The translations under genes and the position numbers were made by a program. Shown in pieces: positions 34,793 through 45,795 of a stretch of 64,000 nt of DNA (position 1 is the first letter of the stretch; each line of letters starts with the position of its first letter). The notes under the pieces were generated by a model, which saw nothing but the letters and a program-made list of their open reading frames with translations, had not been told where the DNA came from and did no database searches. Origin of the DNA: Escherichia coli (GTDB lineage: Bacteria > Pseudomonadota > Gammaproteobacteria > Enterobacterales > Enterobacteriaceae); assembly GCF_022846255.1 (NCBI RefSeq), contig NZ_AP025682.1; one strand, 5' to 3'.

Positions 34793-36034
34793 ATGAAATG
34801 GTTTAACACTTTAAGTCACAACCGTTGGCTGGAACAGGAAACCGATCGCATCTTTGATTTTGGTAAAAAATCCGTAGTACCGACCGGATTTGGCTGGTTA
34901 GGCAATAAAGGGCAAATCAAAGAAGAGATGGGCACCCATCTGTGGATCACAGCTCGTATGTTGCACGTTTATTCCGTTGCTGCGGCGATGGGCCGACCTG
35001 GCGCTTACTCGTTGGTTGATCACGGTATCAAAGCCATGAATGGCGCACTGCGCGATAAAAAATATGGCGGTTGGTATGCCTGCGTGAATGACGAGGGCGT
35101 GGTGGATGCCTCCAAACAGGGCTATCAACATTTCTTTGCTCTGCTGGGTGCTGCCAGCGCCGTCACTACCGGTCATCCGGAAGCGCGCAAGCTGCTCGAT
35201 TACACCATTGAAATTATCGAGAAATACTTCTGGAGCGAAGAAGAGCAGATGTGCCTGGAGTCCTGGGATGAAGCCTTCAGCAAAACCGAAGAGTATCGCG
35301 GCGGCAATGCCAATATGCACGCGGTGGAAGCCTTCCTGATTGTCTATGACGTCACCCATGACAAAAAATGGCTGGATCGCGCGATTCGCGTGGCTTCCGT
35401 GATTATCCACGACGTCGCCAGAAATAATCATTATCGCGTTAACGAACACTTCGATACCCAGTGGAATCCGCTGCCAGATTACAACAAAGATAACCCGGCG
35501 CACCGCTTCCGCGCGTTCGGAGGTACTCCGGGCCACTGGATCGAATGGGGCCGTTTAATGCTGCACATTCACGCGGCCCTGGAAGCCCGTTGCGAACAAC
35601 CGCCAGCATGGCTGCTAGAAGATGCCAAAGGTCTGTTTAACGCCACCGTGCGCGATGCCTGGGCACCCGATGGCGCGGACGGGATTGTTTATACCGTTGA
35701 CTGGGAAGGAAAACCGGTGGTCCGCGAACGTGTGCGTTGGCCTATCGTCGAAGCGATGGGTACGGCCTACGCGCTCTACACCGTCACTGGCGATCGCCAG
35801 TACGAAACTTGGTATCAGACATGGTGGGACTACTGCATCAAATACCTGATGGACTACGAAAATGGTTCATGGTGGCAGGAGCTGGATGCGGACAATAAGG
35901 TCACCACCAAAGTCTGGGACGGCAAACAGGATATTTATCATCTGCTGCATTGTCTGGTGATCCCACGTATCCCGTTAGCGCCAGGCCTGGCTCCGGCGGT
36001 TGCGGCGGGTCTGCTGGATATTAACGCGAAATAA
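34793..36034 (+). CDS. yihS: Sulfoquinovose isomerase
   Basis: 413 aa; [47 protein letters not shown]... Confidence 0.9.
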   Translation: MKWFNTLSHNRWLEQETDRIFDFGKKSVVPTGFGWLGNKGQIKEEMGTHLWITARMLHVYSVAAAMGRPGAYSLVDHGIKAMNGALRDKKYGGWYACVNDEGVVDASKQGYQHFFALLGAASAVTTGHPEARKLLDYTIEIIEKYFWSEEEQMCLESWDEAFSKTEEYRGGNANMHAVEAFLIVYDVTHDKKWLDRAIRVASVIIHDVARNNHYRVNEHFDTQWNPLPDYNKDNPAHRFRAFGGTPGHWIEWGRLMLHIHAALEARCEQPPAWLLEDAKGLFNATVRDAWAPDGADGIVYTVDWEGKPVVRERVRWPIVEAMGTAYALYTVTGDRQYETWYQTWWDYCIKYLMDYENGSWWQELDADNKVTTKVWDGKQDIYHLLHCLVIPRIPLAPGLAPAVAAGLLDINAK

Positions 36035-36100
36035 CTGACTAAAAAAACGACATATCAGGCTGCACGCCGGGTATGTCGTTATTCAATAAAGGTACCTCGT

Positions 36101-37003
36101 ATGCAAATCACCAACATGCATTGCAGTGGACAGACCGTTTCACTTGCCGCGGGGGATTATCACGCGACCATTGTGACCGTCGGTGCAGGTCTGGCTGAAT
36201 TAACCTTTCAGGGCTGTCATTTAGTTATTCCGCATAAACCCGAAGAGATGCCGCTGGCACATCTGGGCAAAGTCCTTATTCCGTGGCCAAACCGGATCGC
36301 CAACGGCTGTTATCGCTATCAGGGGCAGGAATATCAGTTACCCATTAATGAACATGGTTCAAAAGCCGCTATTCATGGGCTGCTCGCCTGGCGTGACTGG
36401 CAAATCAGCGAATTAAGCGCCACCAGCGTCACATTAACCGCCTTTCTGCCACCCAGTTACGGCTACCCGTTTATGCTGGCTTCGCAGGTGGTTTATTCGC
36501 TCAACGCCCGCACGGGTCTTTCCGTTGAGATCGCAAGCCAGAATATCGGCACTGTCGCAGCGCCTTACGGTGTGGGTATTCACCCTTATTTAACCTGCAA
36601 CTTAACATCTGTTGATGAATATCTGTTCCAGCTTCCGGCAAACCAAGTTTATGCCATCGATGAGCACGCTAATCCGACAACGCTTCACCACGTTGATGAG
36701 CTGGATTTAAATTTCACGCAGGCGAAAAAAATAGCCGCGACAAAAATCGACCACACCTTTAAAACCGCTAATGATTTGTGGGAAATGACTATTACCCATC
36801 CACAGCAGGCGCTTTCGGTGAGCCTCTGTTCCGATCAACCCTGGGTGCAGGTTTATAGCGGTGAAAAATTACAACGTCAGGGACTGGCAGTTGAACCAAT
36901 GAGTTGCCCGCCTAACGCCTTTAATTCAGGTATCGACTTATTATTACTGGAACCAGGGAAAACGCACCGCCTGTTTTTTAATATTCACGGGCAGCACAAT
37001 TAA
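36101..37003 (+). CDS. yihR: Aldose-1-epimerase-like (sulfoquinovose mutarotase) YihR
   Basis: 300 aa; MQITNMHCSGQTVSLAAGDYHATIVTVGAGLAELTFQGCHLVIPHKPEEMPLAH... Confidence 0.85.
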   Translation: MQITNMHCSGQTVSLAAGDYHATIVTVGAGLAELTFQGCHLVIPHKPEEMPLAHLGKVLIPWPNRIANGCYRYQGQEYQLPINEHGSKAAIHGLLAWRDWQISELSATSVTLTAFLPPSYGYPFMLASQVVYSLNARTGLSVEIASQNIGTVAAPYGVGIHPYLTCNLTSVDEYLFQLPANQVYAIDEHANPTTLHHVDELDLNFTQAKKIAATKIDHTFKTANDLWEMTITHPQQALSVSLCSDQPWVQVYSGEKLQRQGLAVEPMSCPPNAFNSGIDLLLLEPGKTHRLFFNIHGQHN

Positions 37004-37063
37004 TTTTATTAAGAAAAGAACGAGATCATTGTTTAGAGTTGTATTTACACAACAGGAAATATT

Positions 37064-37939
37064 ATGGACTTTTTTACGTTATTTTCACCGGATGGGGTCA
37101 TGCTGGAAACAAACGTGGTATGTATCGTTATCGCGTTAATGTTTCTTTATACCTTTGTGGGGATATGCGCGGGATTTGGCGGTGGTTTAACCACCATGCC
37201 GCTCGTCACGTTAATGCTCCCCGTAAAAATGGCAACTCCGCTCTCGGTGATTGTCGGCACCGCGACCGCCTTGTACGCCACCTGGCTGTCACGTAAAGAA
37301 ACGGATTGGCGATCGGCAATGGTACTGATTATTTTCTCGTTTCTGGGAATACCCGTCGGTTTATATGCGCTGTCGTATTTACCCGACCATTTTATGAAAG
37401 TGGGCTTAGGCGGATTCCTTATCCTGTACTCCTTTTACAGTATGTTTATTCCACGCCTGCCGATTTATGACCGTAGCTGGATCGCCGCACCTATCGGCGC
37501 CGTGGCAGGAGCGTTAGGGGCAGCATTTTCAACCAACGGACCGCCGATGGTTATCTACGGTATGCTGCGTAACTTAGGCCCGGCGGCATTTCGCGGCACT
37601 CTGAACGCTTTCTTCACCGCAAACAACATCGCGGTGATCGGCGGGCTGGCGACCAGCGGAATTTTGACTGTCTCTATCTTTAAACTGGTGCTGTTTTGTA
37701 TTCCCACCATGATCCTCGGTTCACTGGTTGGACAATATGTGCATAAACGCATTTCGGTCAAAGTGTTCCGTGTGATGGTCTTTTTATTGCTGATTGCCTC
37801 CGGTTCTATGTTGATAAAAGGCGCGCTGGGAATTCCCGCCGCTGCCGCACTTCTTCCTCCGTTTACCTTGTTAGTTATACTGCAACTGGCATTTGGTAAA
37901 AAAGTGGCGGCAATCCGTCGGGCGGAAGAAAGTAAATAA
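37064..37939 (+). CDS. TauE/SafE-family (DUF81) membrane permease; not a K-12 yih gene as far as I recall
   Basis: 291 aa; polytopic hydrophobic protein with Gly-rich TM segments (GFGGGLTTMPLVTLML, GAVAGALGAAFSTNGPPMVIYG) typical of TauE/SafE anion exporters; RBS aggaaatatt before ATG. Confidence 0.7.
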   Translation: MDFFTLFSPDGVMLETNVVCIVIALMFLYTFVGICAGFGGGLTTMPLVTLMLPVKMATPLSVIVGTATALYATWLSRKETDWRSAMVLIIFSFLGIPVGLYALSYLPDHFMKVGLGGFLILYSFYSMFIPRLPIYDRSWIAAPIGAVAGALGAAFSTNGPPMVIYGMLRNLGPAAFRGTLNAFFTANNIAVIGGLATSGILTVSIFKLVLFCIPTMILGSLVGQYVHKRISVKVFRVMVFLLLIASGSMLIKGALGIPAAAALLPPFTLLVILQLAFGKKVAAIRRAEESK

Positions 37940-38044
37940 TCATTATGCGGGTTTTAATTTATACCCGCACACATTCTTTAATTAATGAAACCTGTAATAA
38001 CAGGATGGCATGAAATATTAGTTTTATATCTATGGAGATTATTT

Positions 38045-40081
38045 ATGGATACGCCACGCCCACAGCTATTAGATTTTCAATTTCATCAGAATAACGACAG
38101 TTTTACTCTACGTTTTCAAGACCGCCTTATTTTAATCCATAGCAAAGATAATCCTTGTTTATGGATTGGTTCAGGTATAGCGGATATCGATATGTTCCGC
38201 GGTAATTTCAGCATTAAAGATAAATTGCAGGAGAAAATTGCGCTTACCGACGCCATCGTCAGCCAGTCACCGGATGGCTGGTTAATCCATTTCAGCCGTG
38301 GTTCTGACATTAGCGCCACGCTGAATATCTCTGCCGACGATCATGGCCGTTTATTGCTGGAACTACAAAACGACAACCTTAACCACAACCGCATCTGGCT
38401 GCGCCTTGCCGCACAGCCGGAAGATCATATCTACGGCTGCGGCGAACAATTCTCCTACTTTGATCTGCGCAGCAAACCGTTCCCGCTGTGGACCAGTGAA
38501 CAAGGCGTTGGTCGCAACAAACAAACCTATGTCACCTGGCAGGCCGACTGCAAAGAGAATGCGGGAGGGGATTACTACTGGACCTTCTTTCCACAACCCA
38601 CGTTTGTTAGCACGCAGAAGTATTACTGCCATGTTGATAACAGTTGCTATATGAACTTCGACTTTAGCGCGCCGGAATACCATGAACTGGCGCTGTGGGA
38701 AGACAAAGCAACACTGCGTTTTGAATGTGCTGATACATACATCTCCCTGCTGGAAAAATTAACCGCGCTGCTGGGACGCCAGCCAGAACTGCCCGACTGG
38801 ATTTATGACGGAGTAACGCTCGGCATTCAGGGCGGCACTGAGGTGTGCCAGAAGAAACTGGACACCATGCGTAACGCGGGCGTGAAGGTCAACGGCATCT
38901 GGGCGCAGGATTGGTCCGGTATTCGTATGACCTCTTTTGGCAAACGCGTAATGTGGAACTGGAAGTGGAACAGCGAAAACTACCCGCAACTGGATTCACG
39001 TATCAAGCAGTGGAACAAAGAGGGCGTACAGTTCCTTGCCTATATCAACCCGTATGTTGCCAGCGATAAAGACCTCTGCGAAGAAGCGGCAAAGCGCGGC
39101 TATCTGGCAAAAGATGCCGCCGGCGGCGATTATCTGGTGGAGTTTGGCGAGTTCTACGGCGGCGTTGTCGATCTCACTAATCCGGAAGCCTACGCCTGGT
39201 TCAAGGAAGTGATCAAAAAGAACATGATTGAACTCGGCTGCGGCGGCTGGATGGCTGACTTCGGCGAGTATCTGCCCACCGACACTTACCTGCATAACGG
39301 CGTCAGCGCCGAAATTATGCATAACGCCTGGCCTGCGCTGTGGGCGAAATGTAACTACGAAGCCCTTGAAGAAACGGGCAAGCTCGGCGAGATCCTCTTC
39401 TTTATGCGCGCCGGTTCCACCGGTAGCCAAAAATATTCCACCATGATGTGGGCGGGCGACCAGAACGTTGACTGGAGTCTGGACGATGGACTGGCGTCTG
39501 TCGTCCCGGCGGCGCTGTCGCTGGCAATGACCGGACATGGCCTGCATCACAGTGATATTGGCGGTTACACCACCCTGTTTGAGATGAAGCGCAGCAAAGA
39601 GCTGCTGCTGCGCTGGTGCGATTTCAGCGCCTTCACGCCGATGATGCGCACCCATGAAGGTAACCGTCCAGGCGACAACTGGCAGTTTGATAGCGACGCG
39701 GAAACTATCGCCCATTTTGCCCGTATGACCACCGTCTTCACTACCCTGAAACCTTACCTGAAAGAGGCCGTCGCGCTGAATGCGAAGTCCGGCCTGCCGG
39801 TTATGCGCCCGCTGTTCCTGCATTACGAAGACGATGCACAGACCTACACCCTGAAATATCAGTACCTGTTAGGCCGCGACATTCTGGTCGCTCCGGTGCA
39901 TGAAGAAGGCCGTAGCGACTGGACGCTCTATCTGCCGGAGGATAACTGGGTCCACGCCTGGACGGGTGAAGCGTTCCGGGGCGGGGAAGTGACCGTTAAT
40001 GCGCCCATCGGTAAACCGCCGGTCTTTTATCGCGCCGATAGCGAATGGGCGGCACTGTTCGCGTCGTTAAAAAGCATCTAA
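38045..40081 (+). CDS. yihQ: Sulfoquinovosidase (GH31)
   Basis: MDTPRPQLLDFQFHQNNDSFTLRFQDRLILIHSKDNPCLWIGSG...; GH31 catalytic region (…WAQDWSGIRM…, …WMADFGEYLP…); 678 aa from the internal Met. Confidence 0.9.
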   Translation: MDTPRPQLLDFQFHQNNDSFTLRFQDRLILIHSKDNPCLWIGSGIADIDMFRGNFSIKDKLQEKIALTDAIVSQSPDGWLIHFSRGSDISATLNISADDHGRLLLELQNDNLNHNRIWLRLAAQPEDHIYGCGEQFSYFDLRSKPFPLWTSEQGVGRNKQTYVTWQADCKENAGGDYYWTFFPQPTFVSTQKYYCHVDNSCYMNFDFSAPEYHELALWEDKATLRFECADTYISLLEKLTALLGRQPELPDWIYDGVTLGIQGGTEVCQKKLDTMRNAGVKVNGIWAQDWSGIRMTSFGKRVMWNWKWNSENYPQLDSRIKQWNKEGVQFLAYINPYVASDKDLCEEAAKRGYLAKDAAGGDYLVEFGEFYGGVVDLTNPEAYAWFKEVIKKNMIELGCGGWMADFGEYLPTDTYLHNGVSAEIMHNAWPALWAKCNYEALEETGKLGEILFFMRAGSTGSQKYSTMMWAGDQNVDWSLDDGLASVVPAALSLAMTGHGLHHSDIGGYTTLFEMKRSKELLLRWCDFSAFTPMMRTHEGNRPGDNWQFDSDAETIAHFARMTTVFTTLKPYLKEAVALNAKSGLPVMRPLFLHYEDDAQTYTLKYQYLLGRDILVAPVHEEGRSDWTLYLPEDNWVHAWTGEAFRGGEVTVNAPIGKPPVFYRADSEWAALFASLKSI

Positions 40082-40126
40082 TCACATCCGCCCGTGGGGA
40101 AACTCACGGGCAAAGGGAGAACAACG

Positions 40127-41512
40127 ATGAGTCACATCACAACGGAAGATCCAGCAACTCTACGCCTGCCCTTTAAAGAGAAACTCTCTTACGGTATCGG
40201 CGATCTGGCCTCTAACATCCTACTGGATATCGGCACGCTTTATCTTTTGAAGTTTTATACCGATGTTCTGGGGCTGCCTGGCACCTATGGCGGCATTATC
40301 TTTTTGATTTCAAAATTCTTTACCGCCTTTACCGATATGGGTACCGGCATTATGTTGGATTCCCGACGCAAGATCGGTCCAAAAGGTAAGTTCCGTCCTT
40401 TTATTCTGTATGCGTCATTTCCGGTCACCCTGCTGGCGATCGCCAACTTTGTCGGCACACCGTTTGATGTCACCGGTAAAACGGTGATGGCCACCATCCT
40501 GTTTATGCTTTACGGACTGTTTTTCAGCATGATGAACTGCTCGTATGGCGCGATGGTCCCCGCTATTACTAAAAACCCCAACGAACGCGCCTCACTGGCG
40601 GCATGGCGTCAGGGTGGCGCTACATTGGGCCTGCTGCTTTGTACGGTGGGATTCGTGCCGGTTATGAATCTTATCGAGGGTAATCAGCAACTTGGCTATA
40701 TCTTCGCCGCCACGCTGTTTTCACTGTTCGGCCTGCTGTTTATGTGGATCTGCTATTCGGGCGTGAAAGAGCGTTATGTCGAAACCCAACCTACCAATCC
40801 GGCGCAAAAGCCTGGCTTGTTGCAATCTTTCCGCGCAATTGCGGGGAACCGCCCACTGTTCATTTTGTGCATTGCCAACCTCTGTACCTTAGGGGCGTTT
40901 AACGTCAAGCTCGCCATTCAGGTCTATTACACCCAGTACGTGCTTAACGATCCCATCCTGTTGTCATATATGGGATTTTTCAGCATGGGCTGTATTTTCA
41001 TCGGCGTGTTCCTGATGCCTGGTGCAGTCAGACGTTTTGGTAAGAAGAAGGTCTATATCGGCGGTCTGCTGATCTGGGTGCTGGGCGATCTGCTCAACTA
41101 TTTCTTCGGCGGCGGCTCGGTCAGCTTTGTGGCTTTCTCCTGCCTGGCGTTCTTTGGTTCGGCGTTTGTTAACAGCCTGAACTGGGCGCTGGTTTCTGAC
41201 ACCGTCGAGTACGGCGAGTGGCGCACCGGTGTGCGTTCAGAAGGTACGGTCTACACCGGTTTCACCTTCTTTCGCAAAGTATCTCAGGCGCTGGCAGGTT
41301 TCTTCCCAGGCTGGATGCTGACGCAAATTGGCTATGTGCCAAACGTCGCCCAGGCTGACCACACTATCGAAGGGTTGCGCCAACTGATCTTCATCTACCC
41401 AAGCGCACTGGCAGTAGTCACCATTGTGGCAATGGGTTGCTTCTACAGTCTGAACGAGAAGATGTACGTCCGCATTGTTGAAGAGATAGAAGCCCGTAAA
41501 CGCACGGCGTAA
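40127..41512 (+). CDS. yihP: GPH-family sugar:cation symporter YihP
   Basis: MSHITTEDPATLRLPFKEKLSYGIGDLASNILLDIGTLYLLKFYTDVLGLP...; 12-TM. Confidence 0.85.
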   Translation: MSHITTEDPATLRLPFKEKLSYGIGDLASNILLDIGTLYLLKFYTDVLGLPGTYGGIIFLISKFFTAFTDMGTGIMLDSRRKIGPKGKFRPFILYASFPVTLLAIANFVGTPFDVTGKTVMATILFMLYGLFFSMMNCSYGAMVPAITKNPNERASLAAWRQGGATLGLLLCTVGFVPVMNLIEGNQQLGYIFAATLFSLFGLLFMWICYSGVKERYVETQPTNPAQKPGLLQSFRAIAGNRPLFILCIANLCTLGAFNVKLAIQVYYTQYVLNDPILLSYMGFFSMGCIFIGVFLMPGAVRRFGKKKVYIGGLLIWVLGDLLNYFFGGGSVSFVAFSCLAFFGSAFVNSLNWALVSDTVEYGEWRTGVRSEGTVYTGFTFFRKVSQALAGFFPGWMLTQIGYVPNVAQADHTIEGLRQLIFIYPSALAVVTIVAMGCFYSLNEKMYVRIVEEIEARKRTA

Positions 41513-41554
41513 TTATAATAAACAACGCCCTGCGGGGCGTTATAAGGAGTGATT

Positions 41555-42958
41555 ATGTCTGACCATAATCCACTGACATTAAAACTGAATCTGCGGGAAA
41601 AAATCGCCTATGGTATGGGCGACGTCGGTTCGAATTTAATGCTTAGCATCGGCACTCTGTATCTCCTCAAATTTTATACCGATGAATTAGGGATGCCTGC
41701 TTACTATGGCGGGATTATCTTTCTGGTGGCGAAATTCTTTACCGCATTTACCGATATGCTCACCGGATTTTTACTCGACTCGCGGAAAAATATTGGACCT
41801 AAAGGAAAATTCAGGCCGTTTATTTTATACGCAGCGATTCCGGCGGCGTTAATTGCAACGCTCCAGTTTATCGCCACCACCTTTAGTTTGCCGGTTAAAA
41901 CGACGATTGCCACCGCACTGTTTATGATGTTTGGACTTTCATACAGTCTGATGAACTGCTCGTATGGCGCGATGATCCCGGCCATTACCAAAAACCCGAA
42001 TGAGCGCGCGCAACTCGCTGCTTACCGCCAGGGTGGTGCAACCATAGGGCTATTGATCTGTACCGTGGCGTTTATTCCTTTGCAGTCACTATTTTCTGAC
42101 TCCACCGTCGGCTACGCCTGCGCGGCACTGATGTTCTCCATTGGCGGCTTTATTTTTATGATGCTGTGCTACAGAGGTGTCAAAGAGCATTATGTGGACG
42201 CGACGCCAACCGGACATAAGGCCAGTATTCTCAAATCATTTTGCGCGATATTTCGTAATCCACCTTTGCTGGTATTGTGCATTGCTAACCTGTGTACCCT
42301 GGCGGCATTTAATATCAAACTGGCGATTCAGGTCTATTACACCCAGTATGTGCTGAATGATATTAACTTATTGTCGTGGATGGGATTCTTTAGTATGGGA
42401 TGCATTCTCATCGGCGTATTACTGGTGCCACTAACTGTAAAATGTTTTGGTAAAAAACAGGTTTATCTGGCTGGCATGGTGCTGTGGGCGGTGGGGGATA
42501 TCCTGAATTATTGCTGGGGCAGTAACTCATTCACTTTCGTCATGTTCTCTTGTGTCGCCTTTTTTGGCACGGCCTTTGTAAACAGCCTGAACTGGGCACT
42601 GGTACCAGATACCGTAGATTATGGTGAATGGAAAACAGGTATACGTGCCGAAGGTTCTGTTTATACCGGTTATACCTTCTTTCGTAAAATTTCAGCCGCA
42701 CTTGCTGGCTTCTTGCCCGGCATTATGCTGACGCAAATCGGTTATATTCCCAACATCGCGCAAAGCGATGCAACATTACAGGGTTTGCGTCAGCTCATTT
42801 TTATCTGGCCTTGTGCGCTGGCAATTATTGCTGCATTGACGATGGGGTTCTTTTACACGCTCAATGAGAAACGGTTTGCACTGATTATTGAGGAAATTAA
42901 CCAACGCAAAAATAAAGAAATCGAGACAGAAGAAAAAACGGCTTCCGTAACGTTATAA
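41555..42958 (+). CDS. yihO: GPH-family sulfoquinovose transporter YihO
   Basis: MSDHNPLTLKLNLREKIAYGMGDVGSNLMLSIGTLYLLKFYTDELGMP...; paralogous to the preceding yihP. Confidence 0.85.
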   Translation: MSDHNPLTLKLNLREKIAYGMGDVGSNLMLSIGTLYLLKFYTDELGMPAYYGGIIFLVAKFFTAFTDMLTGFLLDSRKNIGPKGKFRPFILYAAIPAALIATLQFIATTFSLPVKTTIATALFMMFGLSYSLMNCSYGAMIPAITKNPNERAQLAAYRQGGATIGLLICTVAFIPLQSLFSDSTVGYACAALMFSIGGFIFMMLCYRGVKEHYVDATPTGHKASILKSFCAIFRNPPLLVLCIANLCTLAAFNIKLAIQVYYTQYVLNDINLLSWMGFFSMGCILIGVLLVPLTVKCFGKKQVYLAGMVLWAVGDILNYCWGSNSFTFVMFSCVAFFGTAFVNSLNWALVPDTVDYGEWKTGIRAEGSVYTGYTFFRKISAALAGFLPGIMLTQIGYIPNIAQSDATLQGLRQLIFIWPCALAIIAALTMGFFYTLNEKRFALIIEEINQRKNKEIETEEKTASVTL

Positions 42959-43025
42959 ATGTCAATAGCCGCTATTTCCATCCTGATGGGTGGCGGCCTC
43001 CCTACGTTTAAAAAATGGACTTATT

Positions 43026-43718
43026 ATGAAAAATATTAATGCAATAATTTTATTATCTTCTCTGACCTCTGCCTCGGTATTCGCTGGCGCATACGTCGAA
43101 AACAGGGAAGCATATAATCTCGCCTCCGATCAGGGCGAGGTTATGCTACGTGTGGGTTATAACTTCGATATGGGCGCGGGTATTATGCTAACCAATACCT
43201 ACACCTTTCAGCGAGAAGATTAACTCAAACATGGCTATAATGAAATTGAAGGTTGGTATCCTTTATTTAAACCTACCGATAAATTAACCATCCAGCCCGG
43301 TGGCTTAATTAATGACAAGAGTATCGGTTCGGGTGGTGCTGTTTATCTGGATGTTAACTACAAATTTACTCCGTGGTTTAACCTGACGGTGCGTAATCGC
43401 TATAACCATAATAATTACAGCTCTACAGATTTGAACGGCGAATTGGATAATAACGACACCTATGAAGTTGGCACCTACTGGAACTTTAAAATAACAGAAA
43501 AATTTTCCTATACATTTGAACCACATTACTTCATGCGAGTGAATGACTTTAATAGTAGCAACGGGAAAGATCATCATTGGGAAATCACTAACACCTTCCG
43601 TTACCGTATTAATGAACACTGGCTTCCTTATTTCGAATTGCGCTGGTTAGACCGCAACGTCGAGCCGTACCACCGCGAGCAAAACCAGATTCGTATCGGA
43701 ACGAAGTATTTCTTCTGA
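43026..43718 (+). pseudogene. ompL: ompL outer-membrane porin, disrupted by a premature TAA at 43221-43223 (codon 66)
   Basis: ORF 42990..43223 (signal peptide MKNINAIILLSSLTSASVFA...TFQRED*) and ORF 43389..43718 (...IRIGTKYFF) are in the same frame; translation after the stop continues LKHGYNEIEGWYPLFKPTDKLT... without further stops. Confidence 0.8.
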
Positions 43719-43770
43719 TGTAAAAATTCCTGATGCGATGCTGGCGCATCTTATCAGGTCTACAAAAGCC

Positions 43771-43803
43771 AAAAAAAACCTGCCATCGCTGGCAGGTTTT
43801 TTA
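43771..43803. terminator. Bidirectional intrinsic terminator between ompL and typA
   Basis: aaaaaaaacctgccatcgctggcaggtttttta: GC stem flanked by an A-run and a T-run. Confidence 0.6.
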
Positions 43804-43819
43804 TGACTAAAAAACGAAA

Positions 43820-45643
43820 TTAATCGTCTTTCGGTGCGCGGTTGGCGCGACGACGATCGTTTTCCGTCAGGTGACGTTTACGAATACGGATAGAGGTCGG
43901 AGTCACTTCTACCAGTTCGTCATCATCGATGAACTCCAGAGCTTGTTCCAGAGTCATGCGGATAGGCGGAACCAGAACAACGGCTTCGTCAGTACCGGAA
44001 GCACGCATGTTGGTCAGTTTCTTACCGGTCAGGCAGTTTACAGTCAGGTCGTTAGAGCGGCTGTGAATACCGATAATCTGACCTTCGTAAACTTCAGCAC
44101 CGTGACCGAGGAACAGCTTACCGCGATCCTGCAGACCGAACAGCGCGAACGCTACCGCTTTACCCTGACCGTTAGAGATCAGTACGCCGTTCTGACGCTG
44201 GCCCACTTCACCCGGACGTACGTCGTCGTAGTGGCTGAAGGTGGAGTACAGCAGACCAGTACCGGAAGTCATGGTCATGAACTCAGAACGGAAGCCAATC
44301 AGACCACGGCTTGGGATCACGTAGTCGAGACGTACGCGGCCTTTACCGTCTGGATTCATGTTTTTCAGGTCGCCTTTACGTTCGCCCAGCGCCTGCATTA
44401 CAGAACCCTGATGCTGTTCTTCAACGTCCAGAGTCACGTTTTCATACGGCTCTTGTTTACGACCGTCGATTTCACGGAAGATAACTTTCGGACGGGATAC
44501 CGCCAGTTCGAAACCTTCACGACGCATGTTTTCGATAAGAACAGACAGGTGCAGTTCGCCACGACCAGAAACGCGGAACGCATCGGCGTCTTCGGTTTCT
44601 TCTACGCGCAGCGCAACGTTGTGTACCAGTTCTTTGTTCAGACGATCCAGGATCTGACGAGACGTTACGAACTTACCTTCTTTACCGCAGAACGGCGAGG
44701 TGTTAACGCAGAAGAACATAGAAACGGTCGGCTCATCAACGGAGAGTGCCGGCAGCGCTTCAACGTTTTGCGTGTCGCAAACGGTGTCAGAAATGTTCAG
44801 TTCGCCAAGACCCGTGATCGCCACGATATCGCCAGCTTCCGCCAGATCGGTTTCGATACGTTCCAGACCGAGGTGGCCCAGCACTTTACCGACTTTCGCG
44901 TTGCGGGTTTTGCCTTCGCTATCGATGATAGTAACCTGCTGGTTCGGCTTCACTTTACCGCGCTTGATGCGGCCAATGCCGATAACGCCAACATAGCTGT
45001 TGTAATCGAGCTGAGAAATCTGCATCTGGAACGGACCGTCAAGGTCAACGTCCGGCGCAGGAACGTGGTCAACAATCGCCTGGTACAGCGGGGTCATGTC
45101 TTCCGCCATATCTTCGTGGTCCAGACCCGCGATACCGTTCAGCGCAGAAGCGTAAACGATCGGGAAGTCCAGCTGCTCGTCGGTCGCGTCGAGGTTAACG
45201 AACAGATCGAATACCTGATCCACAACCCAATCAGGACGCGCGCCAGGGCGGTCAACTTTGTTGATAACAACAATCGGCTTCAGGCCGTAAGCAAACGCTT
45301 TTTTGGTTACGAAGCGCGTTTGCGGCATCGGGCCGTCAAATGCGTCAACCACCAGCAGCACTGAGTCTACCATGGACATTACACGTTCAACTTCACCACC
45401 GAAGTCGGCGTGCCCCGGGGTATCAACGATGTTGATACGGTAATCATTCCATTTGATAGCGGTGTTTTTCGCGAGGATGGTAATCCCACGCTCTTTCTCC
45501 AAATCGTTGGAGTCCATCACGCGCTCTTGGGTTTCGGCACGAGAGTCGAACGTACCGGATTGTTGGAGCAGCTTGTCTACCAGGGTGGTTTTACCATGGT
45601 CTACGTGCGCGATGATGGCGATATTACGCAATTTTTCGATCAC
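43820..45643 (-). CDS. typA: Ribosome-associated translational GTPase BipA/TypA
   Basis: 607 aa; [32 protein letters not shown]... (G1 [10 protein letters not shown]3 DTPGH, NKVD). Confidence 0.95.
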   Translation of the reverse strand: MIEKLRNIAIIAHVDHGKTTLVDKLLQQSGTFDSRAETQERVMDSNDLEKERGITILAKNTAIKWNDYRINIVDTPGHADFGGEVERVMSMVDSVLLVVDAFDGPMPQTRFVTKKAFAYGLKPIVVINKVDRPGARPDWVVDQVFDLFVNLDATDEQLDFPIVYASALNGIAGLDHEDMAEDMTPLYQAIVDHVPAPDVDLDGPFQMQISQLDYNSYVGVIGIGRIKRGKVKPNQQVTIIDSEGKTRNAKVGKVLGHLGLERIETDLAEAGDIVAITGLGELNISDTVCDTQNVEALPALSVDEPTVSMFFCVNTSPFCGKEGKFVTSRQILDRLNKELVHNVALRVEETEDADAFRVSGRGELHLSVLIENMRREGFELAVSRPKVIFREIDGRKQEPYENVTLDVEEQHQGSVMQALGERKGDLKNMNPDGKGRVRLDYVIPSRGLIGFRSEFMTMTSGTGLLYSTFSHYDDVRPGEVGQRQNGVLISNGQGKAVAFALFGLQDRGKLFLGHGAEVYEGQIIGIHSRSNDLTVNCLTGKKLTNMRASGTDEAVVLVPPIRMTLEQALEFIDDDELVEVTPTSIRIRKRHLTENDRRRANRAPKDD

Positions 45644-45795
45644 AACTTTGCCTCAGGCATTAGAAATAGCGCGTTATTGTACACGGATTAATCGCACTAC
45701 AAAACAGGATCACAAACATCCTCCGCAAACAAGTATTGCAGAGTCCCTTTGTGATCGCTTTCACGGAGCATAAAAAGGGTTATCCAAAGGTCATT

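Noticed and set aside
38996-39823. 275-aa minus-strand ORF
   Set aside because: Antisense to the sulfoquinovosidase gene yihQ
43871-45364. 497-aa plus-strand ORF
   Set aside because: Antisense shadow of typA/bipA; translation is Arg/Val/Phe-rich with no recognisable domain
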